A stretch of DNA of 56,837 nucleotides, counting the filler, from Porpidia crustulata (lineage: Eukaryota), in NCBI GenBank assembly GCA_964255105.1. It is 4 parts of 4 records of this genome, joined end to end, with 100 filler letters (N's around TTAATTAATTAA, not from the genome) between each part and the next. Parts side by side here need not be neighbours in the genome. Positions count along the whole stretch, not along the records: positions 28,496 to 42,621 come from CAXUWE010000393.1; positions 42,722 to 56,837 come from CAXUWE010000394.1; 2 more parts are not named here. The stretch is one strand, 5' to 3'. The notes below the pieces were generated by a model. That model was not told the origin of the DNA, did no database searches, and was given only the letters and a program-made list of their open reading frames with translations. The position numbers and the translations under genes were made by a program. Positions 40,439-52,488 of this stretch are shown piece by piece. The stretch's first letter is position 1. Each line of letters opens with the position of its first letter.

Positions 40439-40859
40439 TTTTGAAACGTGATTTGTTCTGCGAAATATGAAGCGTATTCTCTCGTGTGCAGAGTTATACC
40501 ACCTGCTCGCCTCAGTTCTCAGACGTGCATCGTTAATCCTTCGGATTAGCTCTCTGTAGTTTCAGTCAGACGTGCGTTAACGTAAAGAAAAATCAAAATT
40601 CAAATTCACAGAACGACATTACAAAATCGTGAATTTCGATCGCAAAACAGTGTCATCGCGAAATATAATACACATTAACGTATGAACGAATTTATAATAA
40701 GAATTTACAACGCTGCAATATGTGCATCAGAGAATGTCATAAATCATTAACACTGACTAACTATATTCTTTTCCCCGCGCACGTCGCGTAAGCAAACAGT
40801 ATCGATTCTATTACACGATACATTCCGAAATCCGTTGAAAGACTGGGAAAAGCCCGAAC

Positions 40860-41696
40860 ATGGCAAAGCAAATCTTTGAGAGATTTGACGGAGGCGAGCT
40901 CACAGTGAATATGTTAGTTGAAGCAGCCCAGCTATTTAATGAAAACTATGGAGTCTGGGGAGAGGATCCGACAAATTCTGAGTCTCAACTAAAGCCAGGC
41001 AAGTTGAGGCTGATTTGCTCTGATCTCACACACTAACATAAAAATAGGAAGTCGCGTAAAGCTGACCAAGAACCGACTTCGAGCCCAATATCTACCCAGC
41101 AATGCCTTTTGCTCATATGTTAGAGTTACCGTCGAGAATCGTCTTGCAGGGAATGCCTTCGCCTGCCGTTGGACCTACCAAGATAAAATTGTGTGTTGGG
41201 TCACCCAGTTGGTTGTCCACAGCGACTTTCGGGAGCGTGGACTTGCGACCGGCCTTTTGAATCAGCTCAGGCAAGATAACGATTCTATTTACGGCCTCAT
41301 GAGTTCTCACCCTGCTGCCTGCCTAGCGGCTGCAAAAGCATTTGGAAGTAAGCGCAATGCGACACTCCTCTTTTTCACTTTGATACTAATGTTTGAATAT
41401 GTGGCATTAATACCGTCGCCGTTAGCTTCATTCGCGACAATGCAGAAGCCATCATGAAAGTATCGCCAATCAGCTACGTCAAAGATGCTGAACTCCGTGG
41501 AAGCCTTTTTGATCCCGAAGATATGAGTGGCGCCATTTCGTCTGTTTACACCAAGTTTTTTGTTGACCATACTGAACCACTTGAGGCTCTATCATGGGTG
41601 CGAGAAGGACTGGATTGGCCTCTTGGAGGATTGCTTGATGGCTACGAGTTTCTCCTCATGACTATGGTCCGACGTCGTGATCGATCGAGATCTTGA
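40860..41696 (+). CDS. GNAT-family N-acetyltransferase (second intron acceptor appears mutated)
   Basis: AAQLFNENYGVWG; VCWVTQLVVHSDFRERGLATGLL (acetyl-CoA motif A); SSHPAACLAAAKAFG; SPISYVKDAELRGSLF..FFVDHTEP..WPLGGLLDGYEF. Confidence 0.8.
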
Positions 41697-41912
41697 TCCT
41701 ATATCTGGGCGCCAGAGGCGTCCCCTGGTATTAGTGACGGTCACGAGTCTGCGGTCGATGTTTGGTCGCTAGGAGTCATAGTCTTTGAATGGCTACATGG
41801 CATTCCCACCGTCTCAACTGCTCAAGAGCTGGGGAAGGATGAAGAGCGTGTCAAGGCAAAGCAGTACTTTGCTTGGGTCGCAAAATGGATCGGGTGGCTT
41901 CACATCAAATGA
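41697..41912 (+). pseudogene. Ser/Thr protein kinase C-lobe fragment
   Basis: APE..SAVDVWSLGVIVFEWLHGIP (subdomains VIII-IX), with no upstream HRD or DFG. Confidence 0.75.
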
Positions 41913-42431
41913 TCAGGGTGATGGTCTATGAACGGACACAAATCCGTAATTCTCTGTAACAGTGATGTACGCTGGCTGGCTTCCAGAGCGAGCGTCTGCT
42001 AAATCTAGCCGGATACAAAGGAACAACTCAGAGTTCCAGAGATGGTCCCTCATTCATAACTTTGCGTAACCAACTATAAGGCGGGGGTAAAACGTAGTTT
42101 CGGGCAGTCTAGAGGACGAAGGTAAAGCGGGTAATGAAGAGCAGACAAGGCAGACTACTATCTAGCTCCCTATTTCTGTCGAGGTAAAGGTTGATGCGTG
42201 TCGCTTACCATGTGTGCGCAGGCTTGCCAGCCTAGTCATGCGTTTGTGACACCTATGAACTGACCTCAAGTTTTCTCCTAGAAGCTTTGGTACTGAGAAA
42301 GTGGCTCCAGTACAAGAATAAGAAGGGTAAAAAGCCGAGACAAATGGCCGCGAAAGCCTTTCGGTCAAGGTGGAATAGTCCCTGTTTTCTGCTCCTAAGG
42401 CTAGATATGGACATCCTTTCGCTTCTTAGCT

Positions 42432-42528
42432 TACTCGTTCCCACCCCCAAACGGTCCGCGCTAGTTAAGATTAGTCAATATAACCCTAACCCTAGGTAGG
42501 GCGGACCGTTTGGGGGTGGGAACGAGTA
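42432..42528. mobile_element. 93-bp MITE (Tc1/mariner-type) with 26-bp TIRs and TA target-site duplication
   Basis: TA-CTCGTTCCCACCCCCAAACGGTCCGC (42432-42459) and its perfect reverse complement (42501-42528). Confidence 0.8.
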
Positions 42529-42567
42529 GTGGCCACCGAGGACTGTTACTAAGCCAGTCTTCTTAGT

Positions 42568-42621
42568 TAACGTAATCTACCCCCTACTTAGCCAAACCCT
42601 CTAGTTGGCCAGCGCCCTACC
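42568..42621 (+). mobile_element. Probable left TIR of a pogo/Fot1-type (Tan1/Vader-like) element, cut by the contig end
   Basis: TA followed by ACGTAATC, then two internal sub-repeats CTACTTAGCCA and CTAGTTGGCCA. Confidence 0.5.
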
Positions 42622-42721
42622 NNNNNNNNNNNNNNNNNNNNNNNNNNNNNNNNNNNNNNNNNNNNTTAATTAATTAANNNNNNNNNNNNNNNNNNNNNNN
42701 NNNNNNNNNNNNNNNNNNNNN
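42622..42721. other. Artificial contig spacer
   Basis: N44-TTAATTAATTAA-N44. Confidence 0.98.
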
Positions 42722-43045
42722 GGATGATCTGGTGCGGTCATAGGGCGGGTTGGCGCGAGGGCGTGACTGGTCGGCTCTGGTGCGGGCGGGCGCCGGAGTG
42801 GCGATGGACGCGTGCCGGAACGGGGGGAGTTGGAGCGGACTGTCCGTGCGTGATGTCCTCCCCGAGAATTCGGCGTTGGGAGCGTAGGACGTGGCCGTCG
42901 CGGTAGCGTCAGCCGGGATGAGGGAGAAGCGCCAGAGATAGTAGGCGGCGATCATGAGGGCGAAGAAGAGGAGAACGACGAAGCATATCAGGACGTATCC
43001 ACCCGTGGCCGGGAAGTTCGACGCGCGGCGGTGGATGGACGGCAT
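42722..43045 (-). CDS. Small single-TM protein, 3'-truncated
   Basis: MPSIHRRASNFPATGGYVLICFVVLLFFALMIAAYYLWRF with GC-rich coding-like composition; runs into the spacer. Confidence 0.5.
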
Positions 43046-43584
43046 CGGAGACGCGAGACTTAAAGAACGCGGAGATGGGTATTTGATGCTACACAATTGT
43101 GGTGGCTGCATACGAGGCAGCCTGGTTCTGCTCTTTCTTCCGAGTTGCGTGCGAAAGGTTGAGAAATCATGACGAGAACGCTTGAGATGCGTCAGATGCA
43201 CCATGAGGTGGGGGATCCTGTGAATTGACCTTGGTAATCGGCGAAGCAAGTCTGATATGAATGGTTTCTTTGCAATTATGAATGGTCGACAGGGACTCAC
43301 GACGAGAAGAAGCGGTGAGAAAGTGAAGAACGCGAATGCTATACAAAAATATGAAATAGGCGAGTATTTTGAAGTTGGGCCGCTTTCCATTATTGCTCGC
43401 TTTACAATAATAGAGCTATTGTTCGCTGAACGAGAAGTCTTGAAGGTCTTCGGAGATAGCATTGTTCAGAACAAGCCTCTTTGCACAAGTATTTTGTATG
43501 TACATGCGTGGAGTAGTAAAAGCCATAACCTTCGCTAGTGCTGTGAAGACCTAGCTACGTACAAAAACTTAACCGGATAGGGTA

Positions 43585-45751
43585 TCATGTCAACATAGTG
43601 CGCTCGTTGGGGATTCTATTTCGAGTCTTGTCCTGCGACTCGCTGCTGCCACTTGACGAATGCGGTTTCGCTGCTGGCATATCTGCACTAGAGGCGCGTC
43701 TCGACATATTAGTCTCCGATTGTCTCTTCAGCTCCTTTTCTAAGGTGTTCGATAGTCTCTCAAGGACCCATTCGGCCTCTTCCACTTCTCCCATCAATGG
43801 ACTTCGATTACCCAGCCAACTCCATTGGCGATCTTCTTTGCCTTTGTCATCGCTTGCTGCCTGCTGGGTATCTGGCTCCTTATCTTCACCCCTCTCGATC
43901 TTGACAGGTGCCTTGCGATGAGAAGCATCTGAGTTCTCGTCTTCTCCCATCAATTTCAAGAACCAAGCCCATTCGTCGTAGGTGTATTTCCGGGGTGGCG
44001 ATTCATTGAGGTGCTTCAGTACGTTCCGAAATTCTTTCACAAGCAAGTAATGATACTCGTGAACGTCTTCTCCAAGCTTGTCCCCTGTGTCTTTGGCATG
44101 TTCGGCTGCTTTGAGTTCCGTCTGCTCGAGATTGCCAGCCAGTCGATCAGTAGCAGCTATCTTGGCGCCGCGGTTCTGTTTCTCGTTATCATCATCATTC
44201 TTCTCACCAAGGAAGCCGGGTGGCTCGTTCACGAATGGTATTTTGGCCTTGTCTTGAACAAACCTTGATGCTCCCTGTTTTAGTCGATCTTTGGTACTGC
44301 CCGCTCCTGGTAGCACCGTTATATCACCGAGATAGAGTGTGAGATCTCGAATGGCTTTCACCACGGTATCACCCATATTGCTGATCACGATCGTTAGCGC
44401 AGGGACGGCAAGCAGTGACCAGAAAACGAAGAACGGTTTGCCTGCATTGCTGTATGGCCTAAGGTCGCCGTATCCGATGGTCAATAGTGTGGTGTAAGCG
44501 AAATAGAGTCCCTCGAAATATGACCAGCCCTGATAGCGTTCTGCTCTCCAGAACACGACAGCCCCGATTAGCCAGAGCGTAAACCAAGCACCTCCAGAGA
44601 TGAACAGCGCATTCCATTTTTGTTTCCTAGAAGCTTGATCTTGAATCTGCCGCATGAGGTGGAACTCTTTCTTCCGTCTCTCGCGTTCCGACATCCCTGC
44701 CTCTGCAAATTCTTCCTTACTAGAGAGAGGTATGAGCTTCATTGCACCATCCTTCCCCTCCCTCTTATATATCTTCTTCAAAAGCCTTTCCCTCTTTTTT
44801 TCGATGGCCCGCATCCCAAGCTTTTTCTTCCCACGCTCTAACACAAGCGAGCGAATAGAGCCTATCACAAGGCCCAGAATGACAATACCACCAACTGCAA
44901 ATGGAAATAACAAGCTTCGTCCTAGATGCGTTCCTGGCGTGTAATCTCCAATACCGATGGTGAGTAGGGTAAAATTGGCAAAGTAAACTCCGTCCAAGAA
45001 TTTCCACCCCTCTATCTTGGCGTAGACAGCACCGCCTCCGACCATGTATACCATGAAGCTGATAGTCTGCAACATCAGGGTCCGCTGACTCATCGTAAGC
45101 TTGAATTCCATAGGGTATTCGCCTTTCAAAGCGCCGTATACAGTAAAAACCATCAGTGTTGCAATGATAAAGTACAGTGCAGCGGCTATAATAGCGTAAT
45201 AAAAGGCCTGCGTCAAGGCACGATTATCTCCAGGTGCGAGCTTTAAGCTGTAGGTCGCAGTCACGATGAGGGCAATGAGGAGGATCGATGCGATGTACCA
45301 GCCAACTATCGTGATTGATTGTGCAATTTTGAACGAAAGGCGACGTGCCATGTTGAGAAGGAGGGCCATATTCGCCGCCAATGCCAGTACGAGGGACACG
45401 GCATTGACAGCTATAAGCCAATGGGGGTCCTTGATGTTTGTTCCCCGCTCACCCTCATTTCCTCCCGGTGGTATCACCACTCTCCAATTGACTACCAAGG
45501 CACATACAGAGAAGGCGCTAGCTATAGGCCCAAAGGTACCTGCGAGAAGAGGGAATGCTGTAGAAGCAAACCACCACCGACTATGCCAACGGATTAGTTT
45601 CAAGGGCTTTGATATGGCTAAGGAGCAATGGGTACCTTGGGTCCAGGAACGTCTGTTCATCCTCGTCCTCAGCCTCCCTCTCCTCATCTTTCTCCTCCTC
45701 TACGCGGTCTGCGACCTTGCTGATGGGCTCATCAAGCCCCGGGTCATTCAT
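43585..45751 (-). CDS. TOK1: TOK-type two-pore outward-rectifier potassium channel
   Basis: Start MNDPGLDEPI, intron ~45636-45583, WWFASTAFPLLAGTFGP, and two P-loops LLTIGIGDY and LLTIGYGDL with 8-TM layout. Confidence 0.95.
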
Positions 45752-46365
45752 TGGCTTGATAGTTTGTGCAATCGCCGGTGCTTCAGCGTATATTTGTCAT
45801 TTGAAGAACCTAAACCGAAATCTGAGAGGACAATGAATCAATTATAAGGAGCAATGACACGATAGATCCTTTGACAAGATCTGCGAATGCCTCGTTCAGC
45901 AAAGGAAGCAGGTGACACCCACATCTCGGTTGTTTACATCCTACGGTGGATCACCAGGGTCTCCAATCCAGGTTTCCTTGGCGGGGAACAGGCATAAACG
46001 CCGCTAAAACCCTGTACGTCATTAGCACGAAAGAAATACCTGACGGCAGAATATCACAAGACGTGCATCCTGTCTTAATGGGCAGACTTGACTGTCCAAG
46101 TCTTGATGCTAGTCTCGAGAAGTGCAAGGAACTAGATACTTCTAGTCATGCCTCGGCTCACGACCAGAACGAAGAATTATGCTGCGCTCAGCGCAAAATG
46201 CTACGTAAAAACCCCTATCTAGCTTACCTAGAAAGGCTCCTGATGTCGCTAAAGGTTTGGTTGATAGAATCGAAGCAAGGGGGTATGTGAACAGGAATGG
46301 AAACATAAAGGGGTATGAGCGCGGTCCAAATACAAAGTAGAACTCCACCCTTTCCCTGTCTTCCC

Positions 46366-48213
46366 TCATCCTCTCCATCTCTTCATGGTATGCTCGCCGA
46401 CTCCCCTTCCTGCCCTCGCCATCCTTCCGTTCAGCCGGCTAGTCCTCCATCCCTCATACCATAGCTCCCTACTTGCCTCCCTCAGTTCTCCTCTCCATTC
46501 GTTGAAGACTGTATCCTTCAAGCGGAGGAAATCGCAGTGCTCGGCATTATAAGGATCCGCGAATCCCCACGGGAATTTTCGGCCTACGACATCTGGCTCA
46601 TAAATATCCGGGGAGATGATAGAAAGGGGAAGGACGGGGGTTTCGGTCGTTAAGCGTGGGTCCAGAGGTGTGGGATGCCTTTGAGCACCGGCTGTTTTGA
46701 TGGCAGGCTTTATAAGATCAAAGTCAGCTGCGGAGGACTGGCTGGTACCAGTCGAAGATGGCGATTCTAGTTGAGAAGTGCTTGATAGGTTCGCGTCAGA
46801 CAATTTGCGTGAATCATGAGGGTATTCGTTTTCTGCTGCAGCAGCAGCAGCAGCATCCTCGTCTTGCTCCTTGAGCTGATCGAAATCAGTTGTGATATCT
46901 GCTTCGCCATCGTCCAGGCCTAAAGCTCCGAAGGTGTCAAGGTTCGCTTTTTTGAGGGATGCCCACACGGTGCGCTTGAGATGCGCCATGTGAGCTGATG
47001 TAATGGTATCTGCTTTAGAGATTACGGGAATAACTGTTGTTTTGCCTTGCATCGTCCGCAACACCTGAAGGTCGAGGTTTTCATCTAGACCTTCTAGAGC
47101 AATCGAAGAGCGGGTGTCAAGGAAAGAATTGCCATTCTTGACAGCACCATTGGGCGCATTCAACCTCTTCGTGGCAGCGATATTGGCATCTAAGCGCGCG
47201 GGGTCGAGGACTAGGAACACACAGTGAATGTGGGTATCACGAACCCCAGGCGCGCGAACGACCTTGTTCTCTTCCGTAAATGTGTCTTCGAATTTGCTTT
47301 CGAGAAACGATGACATTTCGCGAAGCTGTAAATCGACAATGTTGGTCTCCAGGCCTTGAGAATCCCAAAGCGTCAACCCAATTCGTTCGCCTTCCATCTC
47401 AGTTTCAAGGTAATGTGAGGTGAAGTTTGGGAACGACTTCTCCGTGGAAGAACTGCGTATATTGAAGGAATCGTCTTGATTTGGCGACCTCTCCTTACCA
47501 GCTGGAAGAGCGAGAGATGTGCGGAGGAAATTGAGAAACGAAGTCTTGCCAGAATTGCGGGCGCCTATCACAAGTATACTGCGTCATAATCAGGTGGGTA
47601 CAGTAGGACGCTTACACGTTGATGCTTACTTGAACGGTGTGGGGTCCTTTCTTCTTCTTAGCCTCCTAGGACTGTTGATCCCACTGACCATGCTGCTCGC
47701 ATAACTATACCGGCCACGATTTGTCATACTTTCGGTCCTAGCATATGGATCGACAGGATTGCGCGACGAAACGGGTGGCACAGGAGGGATCGGTACATCA
47801 TGATATCGTCGTGAGCTCGACGTGTCCATTGAATCCCTCAGAACAGATTTGTCCGGATCGAATTTACCCATTTTGTTTGACATGATAGCAAGACTATCTG
47901 GTCGTGCATCCTCACCACCGAACGTCTGCAACTGTGGGGCACGTGGAACGTCTGGAATCATTGGTGGTTGACCTGGTATTTGTTCCCTTTGCATCTCTTG
48001 CTCCCTAGCTAGTATTCTTTGCTTCTTGCTCAACTTTCCACTCGAGACACTTCTTACTGACGATACTCGGTCCCCCGACTTAGCGCGGCGAAGGAAACTG
48101 AACGAGCCGCGGCGGCGAGGGTAGTGTTGCCCGTCTTGACTTTCATTGATAGGTTGAAGTTGAGTGTCCCCATTGCTCGGAGTTCGAGCGCGTGGATTGG
48201 AAGGTGAGACCAT
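46366..48213 (-). CDS. Non-core septin (possibly AspE/group 5-like)
   Basis: Polybasic RRLRRRKDPTPF, intron, G1 GARNSGKTS, G3 LWDSQG, DTHIHCVF, G4 SKAD, septin unique element GRKFPWG..HCDF. No C-terminal coiled coil. Confidence 0.88.
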
Positions 48214-49055
48214 GTTGAACAGAAAGAGCGAACGAAGCTATGCGTGTTGAGATTTGCCGATTCAACACTTCAGGGAGGCAGCATCCGCGACCATACAATC
48301 TCGTCGCAGGTTTCTTTTGACGGCCAGCCGTATACTTGATCAGCTAACCGGGTTGCCAACTTGTCCGACGTCCACACTTAACAGCAAAGATCAGAATGCG
48401 CTCTAAGAGTACTAGACTGCTTACGGATCTCCGACTGGAGATTTCCTAGAACAGACGCAGACTCGAAACAATGTCGGCTCCCTGGCGCGAAAGGCAGTGC
48501 GAAGATCGTGCGTGCAGGCGAGAACGCGTCCGATCTCAAATGTCATTGACGCCGTTTTATGAGGTCTTCTCCTTTCTTGTACCTTATTTACTCCATAGAT
48601 CCCAGCGGGCTCCTTAGCCGGACACTACGAAAGTTTAGGCGATCTAAATATGCATTACCCATCGATACCGAATATATACCGGCCTTAGTTTATCCCGTGG
48701 GCTTGATTTGATAAATGGCGCTTAATACACATGAAGTTTCAACGTGAATGACAGTTGGAAGAGTTTCATTGCAGCTGAATGAGATGCGGTCAGATCAAGA
48801 TTCGTCAATGTTGACGGTAAATGCAATCCTTCAATTTCAAAATATACACATTTGAAGCATGACTCGACTAGTGATTACCTCAGGTATTTGTATGTATCGA
48901 TTCCCAAATATGAAACGCCTAAAGTACCTTAGCACCGTGGCACTTTAGGTCCACACGTCCAGAAGCTCCCCATTGAGCTAGCTTACAATTTTCTTAGGTC
49001 AGGGCCAAAGCTCGCTAGTCACCTGTCTACCCAAAGAACGACTACAAGGATTCTT

Positions 49056-51079
49056 CTATCCTTCCGTCAGCTCCATGGAAGCACCTGCTGCTAGAGCTTT
49101 TAAGATATCATTCTTTTCAAGATCCGTCAGCAGTACCAACAGCGCCAGATCTATTCCCGGTTGATTGAGTATGACAAAGAAATGGGTAATGACATCTTTG
49201 TTTCTGTGGTCCTTGAGTACGTTTCTATCTCTTCAACAGGGATAGTGCAGTTCGGGCAGCCAGACAAATAACTCAGGCTATTTGAAGAGAAGGTTGAGGA
49301 CACCAAATCTGAGATGTTGAAATCAACGCGGTAGTCTGAGCGACCCCAGGATTGAGGGAAGACTAGCAGTGGAAGTTCATTCTCGTCCAATTGGGCAAAC
49401 AGCGAATCGTTGATCCATTTTGAGAACATCGCTGCTGTTTCACAGCGGCCGCGTATTCGGCAGTGCTGATATGTCGATCATGAGCATGTCGAGCCTCGAC
49501 TACACGGTCAATGAATGGACGTCAGTCTCGATTGGCGGCTTGAAAATCGGCTATGAACCGGTCAATGCATTGTCGGACGCAGGAATGGGTCGCCAAGCCT
49601 GGTAAATTTGGCCAGTTGCCACATCTAGACCCACACTCTGTCCGTATGGCCGCGTTTCACGCCACAAGTCATCAATGTTGAAGGACCGCCGAATACAGCC
49701 TGTGTAGATCGCTAATTGCCGTATGAATTGTCCAAACCAAAACTCAGCCTCTACAGCCTCGCCTAGTTCGCCAGGAAATGGAAATCAGCGTGCCGAGTCT
49801 TGAAGTTTGATGCTCTTTGCTCGAATAAAAAAAAGCAGCTTGTTTGTCTTCTGCGGCAGTACAATTCTCGGCAGCGAGTATGACGGATCGATCATATATT
49901 TGACAGCTACTTCGATGATCGATGCGGATCGAGCGAAAAGTCCAACACTATCAAGGATTGGCGATACAGTATAAATCCCTGCAGTAGAAATAGCTTCAGT
50001 GGAACAGCGCAAGCCGTAGATTCCACATACATTAGCTGGATGACGGGTAGACCTCTCGGTATCAGTATCAATTGCAAAATCAAGCCATGGATATACAGCT
50101 AAAGCAACAACAGAGCCAGTACTAGAAGAAGATGGCGTCTGGTGGGAGGAAGTCGAACCTAATCAGATTAGCGATTTTGAATCGATCAAAGGCTTCTTCT
50201 GAAGTAGCTGCAGCGGGTTGTGCTGAATGGCTGTCTGGTTATCAACGCATCCAAAGTCGAATGCGGGCCTCGTCATCCTATTTCGGGTCTGGATGATTTA
50301 TTTTTCCCTGACCGACTCCCAGCAGCTAAACCACGCAGCCAAAAATATGGGAAAACGGCCGACAGAAAAGTCAGGGTGATGCGTACCATTATACTAGAAC
50401 TTGACCTTCAGCGAATTGCAAAGTCTTCGTTTTGCCTATGAATACGGCCCCTGCGTCGATTAATTGTTGAACACATCGAGCTGAGAAGATTCGCTTTTGA
50501 TAATCTCAAAAATAATCTAGGTTTCCACACTTGGTTTCGAGACCAGCGACATCGATGATACCCTTAACAGCGAAACAAAGCTTTAGTAATATTAGCTAAG
50601 ATTACGAGGCTCTTTCTTGTTATAACATACGTCCGCTAAAGATGAATATAGACTATCAGAATCATAGCTTATTTTACCAGCAAGGAAAGCTAAATTCCAA
50701 ACATCATCGTGACTTGCAAAACAGGCGACAATAGTACACAGATTTCCCTCAGTGGACTGATCCTCCACCCAATTTACTATCCTACAAGGTATCAAATCTG
50801 CTGTCAATTTACTAGCAGGCATTTTTTTTTGGAAGAGAAGGATGCAACGAGGAAAACCGGTGAGATACAGCCCGATGGATGTAGTAATCATTACCCTCAA
50901 CGCTAATAACATTGACGGAATTCGATTCTTCAGCTCCAGCGGCGCCAATAGCCTCCTTTACACCTTAACGTAGAGATCTGAGCGAAAAATTTGATTTCTA
51001 CAGTAGAGAAGCAAAACTGAGCCGCAGCTGAACGAAAAGAGAGCAAAGATAATTATGGTGAACCAGCGAAACTATGCAT
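49056..51079 (-). pseudogene. Amidase-signature family pseudogene
   Basis: FAVKGIIDVAGLET, DAGAVFIGKTKTLQFAEG, PSSSSTGS..YPWLDFAIDTDTERSTRHPA..GIYGLR, GCPNCTIPV..YSRTT..LPISLS. Broken into short ORFs by stops and frameshifts; 5' end approximate. Confidence 0.8.
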
Positions 51080-51342
51080 TACCGGCCAATAACGACCCCC
51101 CGTCTCGACAGCCCGCCAACTATTGATGATGTTGAAGACAACGATATTCTCAACGGTGCTATGCCATATGCCAGTGAGGGAATAAATAGAAATAGGAAAT
51201 CGCACTGAATGGAGCCCTTGCTCCAATCAATCACACGGTAATAGTTGTCCCAGAGCCAGATGGAAACATGATTATGTTTGATTAAATAGAGAATGCTCGT
51301 ATACATGTAATAAGTTAGATATGAACAGACAGGAGAAACGGC

Positions 51343-52488
51343 CTACGGCGTCAAGAACGGCCTGACGACGCACTGAACCTGATTGCTTGTAGGACATACG
51401 TTCGTGCGATTCAACTGCTTATCCTCTGGACCCGTGGGTCCGCCTACGAATTTGGCACTCTGCGGGATCCCGAAGATTTCCTGCTGCCTGCGGTCAGAGT
51501 TGGGGTATTGTTGATCTCCCCATTGACCAAGGTATCGAAGCCAAGCTGTTGGATAGCCAGGGTCATAGGCCGTGTAGGAGTTGGCGGTCACGTCGTACTT
51601 GTAAAAGTAAGCGTTGAGTGTGGGGTCCCAGAGTGTGCCTTGATCACAGAAGTCTTCTAGAGGACCAACCAGAAGGTTCAAGCCGGGGATGGTATGATCG
51701 TGAGTTCTGTACATTGGTAAGCTTGCTGTTGGGATGCTAGCGATACAAGTAGGGACCTACCCAGTCGTCGCGTAGTTCGCATGGGATCCTTTGGCGCTGT
51801 ACGAGACTGGCCTTTTCCCTTGCTTTTCCACAGCGTCATACGTAAATGCCTCGCCAAAAGCGTGCTGGCTAAACCAGACGGCTTGCGGGACGCCATTGGC
51901 AAATCGTACCATGGTGTGTTCCCAATCGCCAACGTGGTCGCCAACCTCTTGATCTATGATGAAAGGTCCCCCGTTGTACGCATAGAAGTACATGTAGAAA
52001 GCGTCGACGTTTCCTGCGCCATGGTCGTTCACAATGACCGCTGTGCTGACAGCTCCATTTGTCTTTCCCGTATTGTCGGGCTTAACTCCCTTGAGCCACG
52101 CAGGGTTGGTGGTGACGTCGTCGAGAGATGTCAAGTAGACGCTCTTTCCACTCAGGGCATTCAATGAATCGAGATTGTCCAGCGTCAACGGACTCGGCAC
52201 GCCTGAAACATCTGCAAAGTTCACTTGGGGTCTGGTATGAACAAGTTGCGTTCCGATATCCGACGGCATGTAGGCATCTTGGGAATGGAGCCAAACCACA
52301 GGAGCTAGTCAAACGTCAGCCAAGAATGAGGATCCTCAAGACGAAGTGGACGTACCGTAGTCCAGCACAAAGCTGGGGACTGCATTCATGGTCTGTCGCT
52401 TGGAAAAGAGTGCCGGTGCTGCTGAAGTAAATTGGTTGAGTAAGAGCGATGGCAAAAGGCTTAGTAGAACGCGATACGAGAATGCCAT
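51343..52488 (-). CDS. VPS62: Secreted Vps62-like protein
   Basis: Signal peptide MAFSYRVLLSLLPSLLL..A, KR site, VLDYAPVVWLHSQDAYMPSD, DAFYMYFYAYNGG, HVGDWEH, YSAKGSHANY, WGDQQYP, GPTGP. Two introns. Confidence 0.88.

Larger units (their letters stand above)
32300..42621 (+). mobile_element. Putative derelict Starship element (boundaries unresolved)
   Basis: The captain relic is the first gene after an intact host-like gene. It is followed by decayed cargo-type genes (MYB/SANT, NLR-like, kinase, GNAT) and nested MITE ends. Confidence 0.6.
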
